From Octopus bimaculoides (lineage: Eukaryota): a DNA stretch of 36,553 nucleotides. Location of the stretch: contig NC_069003.1 in NCBI RefSeq assembly GCF_001194135.2, forward strand, positions 21,711,586-21,748,138, read 5' to 3'. The position numbers and the translations under genes were made by a program. A model generated the notes under the pieces. It did no database searches and was not told the DNA's origin. It worked only from the letters and a program-made list of their open reading frames with translations. Every line of letters starts with the position of its first letter. Positions within the stretch are counted from its first letter, which is position 1. Below, piece by piece: positions 22,969 to 34,256 of the stretch.

Positions 22969-23160
22969 CCCTATAGCTTCATCAGAGCTTCAAACAAACT
23001 GCCCATTCATTGTAGTCTCTTGTTAAAAGAAAGACTTCAATACCACTTAGGCTCCAAGTTTACATTGAAATTATGGATCAATTTTCAACATTCTGTTACG
23101 CTATATCTACAAATGGCTCAAAGACATCACTTACATACACACAAACACACACATATATGT

Positions 23161-23297
23161 ATCACCAAATTTACTTACAAGTCTTTGGTCAGTGCCAGAG
23201 CTAAAGTAGAAGACACTTTACCAAAGAGCCACTCAGTGCAACTGAACCCAAAATCACATAGATGAGAAACCGTCTTCTTAACCATGCAGCTATGCCG
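23161..23297 (-). mobile_element. SINE family A 5' half, degenerate
   Basis: Aligns to 4796-4947. Confidence 0.75.
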
Positions 23298-23843
23298 AAA
23301 CTTACAGATATTTCTGAATATATTTCTCAATACATCTTTATGTTATAATAACACAGGATGTTATATAATGCAAAACTGTAAAAATAATAATAATAACAAC
23401 AATAACAACAACAACAATAATAATAATAGTAATAACAATAATAATGTAGTTTGATATATAGGTAAGATTATACACAGAAGGATACAGAATACAGTATAGA
23501 GAGACAAGTATTGACACCAATAATAAATATCAATTTTTGGTGTTGGACCCAAAGGATTTTGAATGTGTTGTGTCACCAACAAGGAAGAAAATTAATGTTT
23601 TAATATTAATATTTCTATTTCCAAATGGATTTTGCATGAATATCCACACAAGTATATTAGATATTTTGTTTCATATATAACAGACACCCTCGTATATACA
23701 GTATGCAGACAAAGAATTGATGCAGCTGACAGAATTCAGGAATAAAAGACATAAAATCTGTTGAGATTTATTGAAAATCCAAAATACATGAAATTATCGG
23801 ACTTGTATGCTACATGATTATTCAATACAAACTCCCACTAGCT

Positions 23844-23945
23844 TTAACCCTTTAGCATTCAGATTGCTTTGTCAAATATAATGTTTTTAATTCACATCAT
23901 TCCAAATTAACCCTGAATTATTTTGAAGCTTTGGGATGTCAATGA
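23844..23945 (+). mobile_element. piggyBac-like MITE end (TTAA-CCCT...)
   Basis: TTAACCCTTTAGCATTCAGATT matches the reverse complement of the 35360-35417 end. Confidence 0.6.
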
Positions 23946-23949
23946 AGTC

Positions 23950-24210
23950 ATCATTTCATCGTTTAACATCCGCCTTCCATGCTTTCCAGGCAGAAGACTG
24001 CACCAGGCTTCAGTGTCTGTTTTGACACAGTTTATACCACTAGATGCCCTTCCTAACTCTAATTGCCCCACAGAGTGGACTGAGTGCTTTTTATGTAGCA
24101 CCAGCACAAATAAAGTTGGTTTTGGTATGATTTTTACTAATGGATGCTCTTCCAAATGCCAACCACTTTTCAGTGTGGACTGGATGCTTCTTTTACGTGG
24201 AGATGCTTTA
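23950..24210 (-). mobile_element. RTE-type 3' end, internally duplicated
   Basis: GTTTAACATCCGCCTTCCATGC; GATGCCCTTCCTAAC occurs twice in variant form. Confidence 0.75.
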
Positions 24211-24249
24211 ATTTTGGAATAACACTGTAGGAGAGGTGTGCAAGGCCAG

Positions 24250-24900
24250 ATCTGGCCAGTCTGAACACAAGACAGGTAGCTGGTTTTCACGACCCTAGGA
24301 AGATTATGCAAGCTAACTGCTAACCACCTACTATTCCGCTTGTTGTGTACCTTGTTCTGACAAGAGAATTTCTATCTGAGAAAAACCTCAATATGTTTGA
24401 TTCTAAGGGATGCTTCAACTTGTTCAACAGCTTCTTGGGCTCCTTCACATGGTTTTTTGGGGACTTCTGAGTGAGCTGTCCTGTTTGCAACTTGTAAGAC
24501 TTACAACAAAGGTTTTCATTTACATAAGTCCTAAGAGTCTTCACATCACAGCCCAGTTGCCTGGCAATCTCACATATCCCAATGGAGATGTTTTCCTCTG
24601 TGAACTGCTCAGCTTTCTGTCAGAAATCAGCATCTCACACCCATTTTTTTTACAGTGATTATGAGTTTTCCTAGCGGCCTCAGTATCAATGCCAAAATTA
24701 TTGTCCTCTGACTCCTTCCTCACCCTCTGGACTGTGTGTAGTTGTCAACAACAGGCCTGTTATTCATTTTGGCACACGCTGCCATACTACTCCACCTTCC
24801 TTCTCCACTCCTCAGGCCACTTGGATCCTTTTAATCTGCCTGGGTTGAACATCTTTTTTTTGAAGCTCAGTACAATCTCAAAGAAAAGCAATATCAGTTT
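24250..24900 (-). mobile_element. maT (DD37D, Bmmar1-like) Tc1/mariner transposase remnant
   Basis: Minus frames: EIARQLGCDVKTLRTYVNENLCCKSYK..KKLLNKLKHPLESNILRFFSD / CQNKVHNKRNSRWLAVSLHNLPRVVKT, resembling the maT motif KLKHP....WFFSDEKNF.QD...N..N.RW. Confidence 0.75.
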
Positions 24901-25164
24901 ACATCATAGCTTTCAAAAAAATATTTTGAATTTTTGTTTAAACAGGTGCTAGTTTAAAATTCATACCCTGTACATATATACATGTATGTATATATATATA
25001 TATAATACACACACACACACACACACATATTATCCAAATCATAAGAGAAAGAAATACTTTAACACATCTTTAATGATCAGTTACAACTGCTTCTGTACCA
25101 ACTCTGCTTGTAGTGCCAGTTTATGTAATATTCAAAGTGAAAGTTTACATAATATTTGCAGTTT

Positions 25165-25211
<47 letters not shown>

Positions 25212-25641
25212 GCTTAGTTTTAGAATGGTAGCAGCTGATGAAGGAAATATTCTCTATGTGGCCTGTGTGTTTTCTGTGTTCTGTTTATGTTCTGTTTCTT
25301 ATTTTACCAACGTCTTTTTGTAATGTCCTGTACCCAGATATGCATCTATATATACATGTAGATGTAGGTATGTACATACATGTACGTATATATGCATATA
25401 CTCACATATTATTTGTNNNNNNNNNNNNNNNNNNNNNNNNNNNNNNNNNNNNNNNNNNNNNNNNNNNNNNNNNNNNNNNNNNNNNNNNNNNNNNNNNNNN
25501 NNNNNNNNNNNNNNNNNNNNNNNNNNNNNNNNNNNNNNNNNNNNNNNNNNNNNNNNNNNNNNNNNNNNNNNNNNNNNNNNNNNNNNNNNNNNNNNNNNNN
25601 NNNNNNNNTATATATATATATATGTATATATATGTATATAT

Positions 25642-25937
25642 CAAGTATATAATTTTATATAATTATATAATTATAAAATTATAATAAGGGCAGTTATGAG
25701 GTAATGCTGCATGCTAGAAGAAGATGCCAAATGGCTCTGAACTACTTTATCTATCACATAGACATGTGCTGAAAGCGAGGAAATGAACAAGAAAAGCGTA
25801 TATGTGATAGATAAAGTAGTTTAGAGCCATTTGGCATCTTCTTCTAGCATGAGGCATTACCTTGTAACTGCCCTTATAATCATATCTTTTATAATTATAT
25901 ATATTTTATAATTATATTTTTAAAATTATATACTTTG
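25642..25937. mobile_element. Fold-back MITE: 77-bp core arms (25684-25760 / 25801-25877), 40-bp spacer, AT-rich outer arms
   Basis: Five mismatches over 77 bp by manual alignment. Confidence 0.9.
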
Positions 25938-26018
25938 CATTAATTTTTACCTTAATTGGTTTTTACATGCTAGCTACTCGATAAAATCCTATATAGATTT
26001 TATCCTTGATTATAACTG

Positions 26019-26049
<31 letters not shown>

Positions 26050-26099
26050 ATAAGGATAAAGATAATATATACATATATATGATAAAGATAAATATTCTT

Positions 26100-26325
26100 C
26101 CCAGGTCATATAAACTCATAGGGCTAGTTTCCTGGTTTCCATGGCATATATATTGACCCTCTGAATAGTATGCCAGTCCAATTTTATGCCAGACAAGTGG
26201 ACTGGAGCAATGTGTGAAATGAACTGTTTGGCTCAAGAACACAACATGTCACCTAGTCCAGGAACTGAAACCACAATCTTACAATCATGAATCCAACACC
26301 CAAACTACTAAGCCATATGTCTCCA
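26100..26325 (-). mobile_element. tRNA-derived SINE sharing its head with family D but with a different 3' body
   Basis: GACTGGAGCAA..TGAAATGAA.TGT.TGGCTCAAGAACACAACATG shared with 28520-28572. Confidence 0.75.
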
Positions 26326-26965
26326 AAGGGACACAGTAAAGCGTGACACGCAGCCAAAATCAGGCTCAGTAGCGGGCTTCATAATCCACTTCAGTATCCA
26401 GTATAGTAAAATGTGGGGCACCAGGCTTGAGATAGGTCAGAGTGAAGAGTATGAACCAAATAGTAGAATAATAAGCAGAAAAAGGGTGTGGGCTCAAAGC
26501 TTTATAAGACATACACGTATTTCCATAAAATGCCAAAAGAATTACGTAAGAAGTAGAGACATTATGCATTTTGATTCCTCAGTGTTCTGCCACAAATACA
26601 ACAGTCTATGTTGAAACTCCAAATATATGCACTTTCCCCTCATTATGCAAAAAATGAAATCTCACAATCCACACAAATAGCAGACAAAGCATCACATCAG
26701 GGAAGTCTGGACAATGCCACATCTCTATCAAAATCCCGCTCCCAAAAAGTGAGAGAGAAAGAAAGAAATAGAAGGAGAAAGAGAGAAAACGAAAGAGAGA
26801 GAGGAGCAAGTAAATCATCAAGGTCAAGTGACTGATAGTAAGCAGTCATTAGGTAAGAGGTCATTAGGGCCACTCCCCCTCTCTCTCCACTTCCTGTGTA
26901 TGTCTATATGTCGAATTTGGTTTGATTTCAATTTCACTTGTCCTAACAGGTCTTCTATATAAATG

Positions 26966-27494
26966 TTATATAAATATGATCCTGCAATAGTTGTGTACCT
27001 GAACATCATCAGGTGAGTGGCTTTGAAAGCAATGCTGGATCACCTATAGTTTCCCCATTCTATTTTTAGCATTGCTTTGATTAAAGAGCAACATAGATTC
27101 AAAGAGATACAAGCGATAAAAAATACCAAAATAATTTAATGAAGAAAAAATCAAAAATATAAATCATAAAATAAACAGACCAAAATAGATCAATGGAAAT
27201 AAAAAATAAAAAATAAAAATTATCAAAACCATTTATTCAATCTGTTCTTTATTGATTTATTTTAATCTGTTAATTTTATAATTTCTTTTTGAATTTTGTT
27301 TCTATTAATTTATTTTGGTATTTTTTATCACTTGTATCTCTTTGAGTCTACATGTTGCTCTTTGTCAAGGGAATACTAAAAATAGAATATAGGCATAAAA
27401 CAATAGGAAACTATAGGGGATCCAGCAGTGCTCTCAAAGCTACTCACCTGATAATGTGCCAGTACATTGCTATTACTGGATCATATTTATATAA
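26966..27494. mobile_element. Fold-back MITE with arms of about 170-190 bp and an A-rich/T-rich spacer
   Basis: TTATATAAATATGATCC..CAGGTGAGT.GCTTTGA.AGCA.TGCTGGATC.CCTATAGTTTCC..AAAGAGCAACAT..CAAAGAGATACAAG.GATAAAAAATACCAAAATAA present on both strands. Confidence 0.9.
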
Positions 27495-27637
27495 TATTTT
27501 TGTAATAATATGTATAATATGTGAAACTTTCAACCATTAAAAGTTGATGCTAATGCACAGAAACAATTGTGATCTGGATTGAAGCCTGTTCGTTCCATTT
27601 TGTATTATAATCTATTTCTTTTTTTACCTTTCTATTA

Positions 27638-27863
27638 TGAGATGCGCTCAAAAAGTATCTGACTATATTTTCTCCCTGCCAAAAGTAATGCTGAAAATCC
27701 AACAAGTGTGCATTGCATGTCTGTATTCTGGACATAACAGCTGGTGCAAAAATTTTCACACATGCACAGAAGGCTGTTGTCACTGCCCACTCAAAGGATT
27801 TTGAACATGTGGCATTAGTTTTGGCAGGAAAAAATAAAATTAGAAACTTTTGAACGCACCTGA
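27638..27863. mobile_element. Mariner-type MITE
   Basis: TA flanks; TIRs TGAGATGCGCTCAAAAAGTATCT..CCTGCCAAAAGTAATGC / rc TCAGGTGCGTTCAAAAGTTTCT..CCTGCCAAAACTAATGC. Confidence 0.8.
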
Positions 27864-27869
27864 TATATA

Positions 27870-28090
27870 TTATCATCATCATCATAATAATTTAACGTCT
27901 GTTGTCCATGCTGGCATGGGTCAGACGGTTTGACCAGACCTGACAAGCAGGGGAGCTGCACCAGACTCCAGACTGATTTGGCATGGTTTCTATGGCTGGA
28001 TGCCCTTCCAAACACCAGCCATTTTACAGAGTGTGCTGGGGGCTTTTGCATGGCACCACATGGATGCTTTTATGTGGCACTGCATGGTTC
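27870..28090 (-). mobile_element. RTE-type 3' end with (GAT)n tail
   Basis: Reverse complement aligns to 17520-17700. Confidence 0.85.
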
Positions 28091-28321
28091 AAGTGTTTTA
28101 CACTAACAGGGGAATCAGTCTTAACACTTCTGCTGTGGAATATGGGTCTTCTTGAGTACAGCAAGAAGTCAGGCATCTGGAACAGTGTGATGTGATGGAG
28201 CTTTATTAAAGACCCCCCACAAAAGCTATCTAGTCTGAGAATTGACTATTCTTATGATAGAAAGCTTGTGATCAAGAACCCAACACCTTAATCACTACGC
28301 CACTGGCCTTCACACCTGTTG

Positions 28322-28650
28322 TTGTTGAGAGCCCTTTCGGTCATGACTGACCATGGGATTGCATCTAGAAAGTTACCCTCCAAGGCACAAGTCCGGGCAA
28401 GGTTGTTTACGGAAGACAAGCAGTTGCATACCAGCCTCCCCTCTGCACACCACCAATGTTATCCAACACAAAGGCCGATACAGCTTGGCGCCTGTGACGT
28501 CGCAACTCATTTCTACAGCTGAGTGAACTGGAGCAACATGAAATGAAGTGTCTTGCTCAAGAACACAACATGTAGCCCAGTCCAGGATTCGAACTCACAA
28601 CCTCACGATTATAAGCTCGATGCTCTAACCACTGAGCCATGGCCTTCACA
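28322..28650 (-). mobile_element. tRNA-derived SINE family 'D' (my label), full length, (CAA)n tail
   Basis: A-box TGGCTCAGTGG (28639-28629), B-box GTTCGAATCC (28594-28585), then GTGTTCTTGAGCAAGACACTT central-domain-like motif. Confidence 0.9.
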
Positions 28651-29323
28651 CCATTGGATATACAAATATACATACACACAGAAGTGTGTATGTGTATGTG
28701 TGTGTTTGTATGTGTGTGTGTGCGTTTGTGTGTATGCATGTGTGTGTGTGTTTATGTATGTACATGCATATATATAAGCATAGGCATATAATATATATAT
28801 ATATATAAATCTCAGTAATACAGTGGGTGTTACATTTATGTGTGTTTGCACATTATGTATGCATGTTTGTGTGTGTGTGTGTTTGTACAAATACAAATAT
28901 GTATATATACACATACACACATACATGTATGTATGTATTATTCATAGTCAAGATAGATATTTAAGCAATATTAAACGGATAAATAATATCAAAACAAAGA
29001 GAGCAAAAATAAATAAAATAACAAGAAGAACAATTTGTGCGCCAAAAAATATTGCCATACCTTTGTGCATATGGAATGCAGTCGTGTAGGGCTGAGTGAC
29101 ATGGGTAGATAACTTCACATGGAGAACAGGGTGGATCACTATTGAAAGATACATTTTGGGTATGCAAGATAAAACAACTGTACGGTGGACTGGTTACACA
29201 TATATAATTGCATTCCAGCACAGTATAGTGACTGGCACATTATATATATGCATATATATTCATACATACATGTGTGTGTGTGTGGATATATATATATATA
29301 TACATATATATATACACACACAC

Positions 29324-29358
<35 letters not shown>

Positions 29359-30154
29359 AGCTGCAAAAACACCACAAAGTATCACAAAAAACTGCTACTC
29401 AGAGTTTCACATTCCCGTTCATCGGACAGCTTAGATTATAAAGCATATTACTTTATCTCTGGTATTTGAGCACTATTTCTTCCAACCTTGTTTCACATTT
29501 ATGTGCTTACTGTGATATATGTGTGTGTATATACATATATATACATACNNNNNNNNNNNNNNNNNNNNNNNNNNNNNNNNNNNNNNNNNNNNNNNNNNNN
29601 NNNNNNNNNNNNNNNNNNNNNNNNNNNNNNNNNNNNNNNNNNNNNNNNNNNNNNNNNNNNNNNNNNNNNNNNNNNNNNNNNNNNNNNNNNNNNNNNNNNN
29701 NNNNNNNNNNNNNNNNNNNNNNNNNNNNNNNNNNNNNNNNNNNNNNNNNNNNNNNNNNNNNNNNNNNNNNNNNNNNNNNNNNNNNNNNNNNNNNNNNNNN
29801 NNNNNNNNNNNNNNNNNNNNNNNNNNNNNNNNNNNNNNNNNNNNNNNNNNNNNNNNNNNNNNNNNNNNNNNNNNNNNNNNNNNNNNNNNNNNNNNNNNNN
29901 NNNNNNNNNNNNNNNNNNNNNNNNNNNNNNNNNNNNNNNNNNNNNNNNNNNNNNNNNNNNNNNNNNNNNNNNNNNNNNNNNNNNNNNNNNNNNNNNNNNN
30001 NNNNNNNNNNNNNNNNNNNNNNNNNNNNNNNNNNNNNNNNNNNNNNNNNNNNNNNNNNNNNNNNNNNNNNNNNNNNNNNNNNNNNNNNNNNNNNNNNNNN
30101 NNNNNNNNNNNNNNNNNNNNNNNNNNNNNNNNNNNNNNNNNNNNNNNNNNNNNN

Positions 30155-30745
30155 ACCCCCACCACCCTACCCCTCCAACGCACCATTCTCTGAGCTTTCT
30201 GGTGCCTCCAGTCCGACCCCTCCACCTCCCACATCTTCCCTAACCGACCCCTCCCCTCCTTCAAACGAGCCCATAACCTACAAGACCTCTTGGTCTACAG
30301 CTTCTTCTCCAACCCAATCTCCCAACCTGGCTTGTTCCCTTGCTCCCACTCATGCTGCCGCACTTGCCCTTACCTCTCCAACACCACCCTCCTCACCGGC
30401 ACCCAACATTGACCCTATCGCATCACCGACTCCTTCACCTGCACTTCTACCAATATCATCTATAGCATCTCCTGCTCTCTCTGCCATTCTCTGTACATTG
30501 GACAAACGGGGCGCTGCCTGGCCAACTGATTCGCGGGACACCTCCAAGACATCAATGCTTGCAATGACACCCTGGTGTCACGCCATTTCCGCTCTACCAG
30601 TCACTCCTTGCAGCAACACCTGCTCGTGTTTGGATTGTCCTTGCACAGGGGCCATCCAGACTCCCGTTTGCGCCGTGAACAGGGATTAATCTTCTCTCTT
30701 CGCTCCTTTGTGCCACATGGGCTCAACTCCCCTCCCCTATTCATG
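30155..30745 (+). mobile_element. Penelope-like (Neptune-type) Cys-rich linker plus GIY-YIG endonuclease fragment
   Basis: One frame: FPNRPLPSFKRAHNLQDLLV..CSHSCCRTC..FTCTSTNIIYSISCSLC..LYIGQTGR.LAN*F.GH..VSRHF..RREQ.LIF.LRS..PHGLN; three in-frame TGA, no frameshift. Confidence 0.9.
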
Positions 30746-31299
30746 TCTATGTGCGAGTATATATATATATTATATGAATTTTATAGTATTACATATCCAT
30801 CACGGCTGATATATATATATATATATGCATGTATATAGGCATTTGTGTGTATGTATGTATGTGTACATGAATTTATGATTCTGTGTATATATGTGGGTTT
30901 ATGAGTGTACATATGTGTCTTCACAAGTGCATCAAATGAACACCTACATACACACTCATTGTTTTTACAAACATTAATTAAAAATATTAATTAAAAGTAT
31001 TTTTTTGGAACATTTCATAAACACCAATGCAATTTCATGACTTTGTATGGAGTTTAAGATGTAACATTACCACAAGAACCAGAAATGGAATCAAAAGCAT
31101 GAGATTGAAGCAGTTGTTTTCACATTTGTCATTCACAAAGGTTTTTTAAACAAAAGAACTTAACGGTAAATGTTTTCTTCAAACTTTCATTTCATATTTC
31201 CAAAAAAATATTTAGACTGTAGATATTCAAAAGTAAACCAGTTTCGGTTGATCAACTGATAATTGGAAACGAGTAGTGGAAATTGGAGTCTTTCAGTTA

Positions 31300-32287
31300 G
31301 AATGTATTAAAGAATACTCTGCATTTGTATTGAGTCCTGTAATTTATCATTTCTGGTGAATCAACAAAGATTTATGTATGATGATTGAATTTTTCCTTTA
31401 TGGTATCACATTGCACCTGGCTGTTTATATTAATTTTTAGTATATGCATTAGCAATTTTCTAAATCATCCATAAATCTTTATGATAAATATATACATGCT
31501 GGTAGACAGAATTAGCTGATCATGAGCTGTTTGAGCAGTCACCACTGATGGTATAGACGAAACTAGGCCTAGTCTGGTTGATCTTCAAAATAGTCATGGG
31601 GCAGTTACCTACCCTGTCAGTTTTGAGTAGACAACCACCATATTTATATGTATGGTAATCTCTTAAATTAAGAAATTTTCTAGCTATATTAGTTTCTACT
31701 GCTAGGTTACATATTGGATTGTACCATAAATTGTTCTTTTTTCCTATTCCTATTCTTATGCTATGTACCTCATTGTAATACCCAGCAGCATTCATAAAAT
31801 CATCTTCATCTGAAGATAACAAGGATACCTGTTTATTAATATTGTCAGCCTTGGTCCTCAATATACAGAATGTGTGATTCGATTATCTATGTATGCATAC
31901 TAACTTCTCATTTGGTTTGTGGAATGTTCTGAAGCTGCCATTATCCAGTCTTAACATTGCATTAAGAGAATTAACAGAGATGAGGTTTTAATCCACAGTA
32001 ATACTTTGTCCTCTGTCCTCAAAATACTTTAATCAAATTTTAACTAAACCTGTCCAAGCTAAATGAAGCTAAATGAATTTGTGGTTGTGGCCTAATGCCA
32101 GTGAAGTGTGAATGGTGACGTGTGACATGTAAAATTGTACCTGTGCTGGTGACACATAAAAGGCACCCAGTACACTCTATCCAGGCATAGAAACCAAGCC
32201 AAAACATACTGGAGTCCTGGTACAGTTCTTTGGCTTACTATCTTCAGTCAAACTGTCTAACCCATGCCAGCATGGAAATGGATGGTA

Positions 32288-32325
<38 letters not shown>

Positions 32326-33360
32326 CCAACTTATAACAATTTCTTGATAGAACCAGGCTATCATTATGAAATAAACCACAATCCATTTCAGGAAATTTTA
32401 TTCTCAGTAAATTTAGAATATACTTCTCTATAATTCCACTCACCATTGGCTCTTTTAGACAAGTTGAATAATTTGTTCCCACTTTTCTTAACCAATGTGT
32501 CATTATCAAAATGCAGGAGTGATTTTCTTGAGTGGATAATCACATCAATCTCTGACTCAGTGATTGTTCTTGCAAAATCCAGGGCTTTCATTAACAGAGT
32601 TTTTGATTATAGAGGGATAAAAGTCAGCAATGTCAAGCTGCATGAATCTGCAGTTCCCTACTCTTTTAAGCCATTCCAGCACTTCTAAAGTGTTACACCA
32701 TAATTTTAATGATGAAACTGCTTTTACTCAGGAAATGATTTTTTTTCTAATAATTTTTAGCTAACTACACCTAACTCTGGTTTTGCTGGGTTAATCAATC
32801 CACTCCTAGAATTTCTCTCAAAGTTTACTATATGGTCCTTCAGCATTATAAAAGAGAGCTGAGGTGCCAGGTATTCAGCCTTCTTATCTACTTCTAGTTT
32901 CTCAGCTAACTCTTTGGCTTGTTGAGTAATGGACCTATAAACCTCATTTTTAAATTACTTATAAATATTTGTTATATTATTAGATAGAAGCTTTTTATAT
33001 GTGCTAACACCTACACCATACACATTCCTTGTTTTATCAAAGGAAACATGCAGCTTATCTGATTTGTGTATGTATAAAAAATGCTCATTCAACTGACTTT
33101 GGAAGCTGTTTTGCACCATATGGAACTTGATTATTTTTAAGACGTTTAAAAGGTTCTCTTCAAATTTTTCAGTGTCATTGGCATGTGGTAAGTTCTTGTG
33201 CATTTTGTTGCCTTTATAATGCCCAGGTTCTCTGCTTTCAGTAAAACAAACATGCCACCATAATCTTCATACAAAGTCGTCTGTTTTCTCCAATATACCT
33301 TTCATCTAATACTTTCTTAATGGAATTGGAATGTTTGGAGCCAAGAAGATGAATTGGTGT
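31300..33360 (-). mobile_element. Near full-length decayed Penelope-like element (Naiad-type RT), interrupted by an RTE-type repeat
   Basis: Ordered minus-strand motifs: NIPIP..K.D.FV.RL.W (about 33330); FDKTRNVY..YKKLL.NNIT; LINPAKPELG (about 32785); LWCNTLEVLEW; LDIADFYPS (about 32625); IIHSRKSLL..KKSG; YILN..FPEMDCGLFHND (decayed YRDD); KPN..IH..SNH; LLSSDE..F; NLWYNP..VETNIARKFL; weak GIY-YIG remnant near 31370-31420. Confidence 0.8.
32140..32327 (+). mobile_element. RTE-type 3' end with (GAT)n tail inserted in the Naiad-like element
   Basis: GCTGGTGACACATAAAAGGCACCC..ACCCATGCCAGCATGGAA..(GAT)n. Confidence 0.85.
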
Positions 33361-34129
33361 TTATTCATCACTGTGTAACAAAATTTTGATTATTTTTGCC
33401 TATGGTCAGTAAGTGTTCTTTCCTATTTGCTTCTCTCTAGAAATCAAAGGAAATGACTACTATTCCCTTCAAACTTTGCTTTTGTGACTTGGACATCAAT
33501 GTTTTGAAACTGACCTATTTTTTCCATTACATTTCAAATAGTTTCAGCACCGAGTTGCTGAAGCAGAAATATTGTTATAGCAAATATTCTGCTCCATACC
33601 ACAGATTTGCTTGTCACTTGCTTGACTTTAATCACTTGAGCATGTCCCTTAGTGGCAGACAATATGTGCACCTCTGATCGTGAGCAGTGGTGGGGGACAT
33701 TATAGCCATATATTGAGAGGAAGTCTTTGAGGTTTGAATAAATATCGTAACAAAACCAAAGTTTGAAGGAAATATTAATTATTTTTCATACATTCTAGTG
33801 ATAAGCAAATAGGAAATAACACTTGTTAGTCAAGGACATAAATCATGTTACAGTTATCAGTTATATTTATCCTTCTTCATACAAGACTCCACTTTTGGCA
33901 AAGGAGTTATATAAATCAGATGTTGTTACTACTGTCATTACTGTTGTTGTTGTTGTTGTTGTTGTTACTGTTTTGTTATTGTTGTTAGTCTCATTCTTGT
34001 TGTTACTAAGTATCCTAGTCCATTTATCCCAAACAGGGGACACTGAACCAGACAGTGGTGTTAAACTGGTTGATGGATAAAGTCAGTCACTCAAAGACAG
34101 AAATTGTTTCTCCTGCAGGCTTCAGTACA

Positions 34130-34256
34130 GTTTCCATTTACCAAATTTCACTCAAAAAAACTATGGTAGAAACACTTGACCAAGGTGTTGTTCAGTGAGA
34201 TTGAACCCACAATGACATAGTTTTGAAGCCAACTTCTTAATCATACAGCCATGCTA
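34130..34256 (-). mobile_element. SINE family A 5' half, degenerate
   Basis: Aligns to 4796-4947. Confidence 0.65.

Larger units (their letters stand above)
2196..30154. other. Eleven assembly gaps (N-runs)
   Basis: 2196-2474, 3092-3729, 5343-5575, 6792-7518, 7922-8534, 16624-16695, 18176-18342, 21576-21675, 22349-22579, 25417-25608, 29549-30154; most abut microsatellites. Confidence 0.99.

Noticed and set aside
25234-25320. CTGATGAAGG motif (also CTGATGAAG at about 1065)
   Set aside because: No correctly placed GAAA box or stems
28570-28650. Possible tRNA gene (A/B boxes, anticodon-like loop)
   Set aside because: The acceptor stem does not pair and the sequence continues into a SINE body; it is a SINE head
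29061-29138. 78-nt minus-strand exon candidate (TTTCAATAG| ... AAG|GTATGG)
   Set aside because: The plus strand resembles a decayed LINE RT C-terminal motif (V.YG.ETW..FER.IL), which explains the sequence equally well; neither reading is supported enough
2060-30689. Long ORFs in the track containing X runs (e.g. 2909-3811, 6751-7599, 29466-30689)
   Set aside because: They are open only because N-gaps translate without stops
30155-30689. Pro/Ser/Thr-rich ORF in an alternative frame
   Set aside because: By-product of the C-rich strand of the Penelope fragment; the GIY-YIG frame explains the sequence
31215-31295. Hammerhead-like CTGAAAGA...GAAAC-TG-GTT downstream of the Naiad-like ORF (minus)
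   Set aside because: The first box has an extra base, and stems I and II do not close
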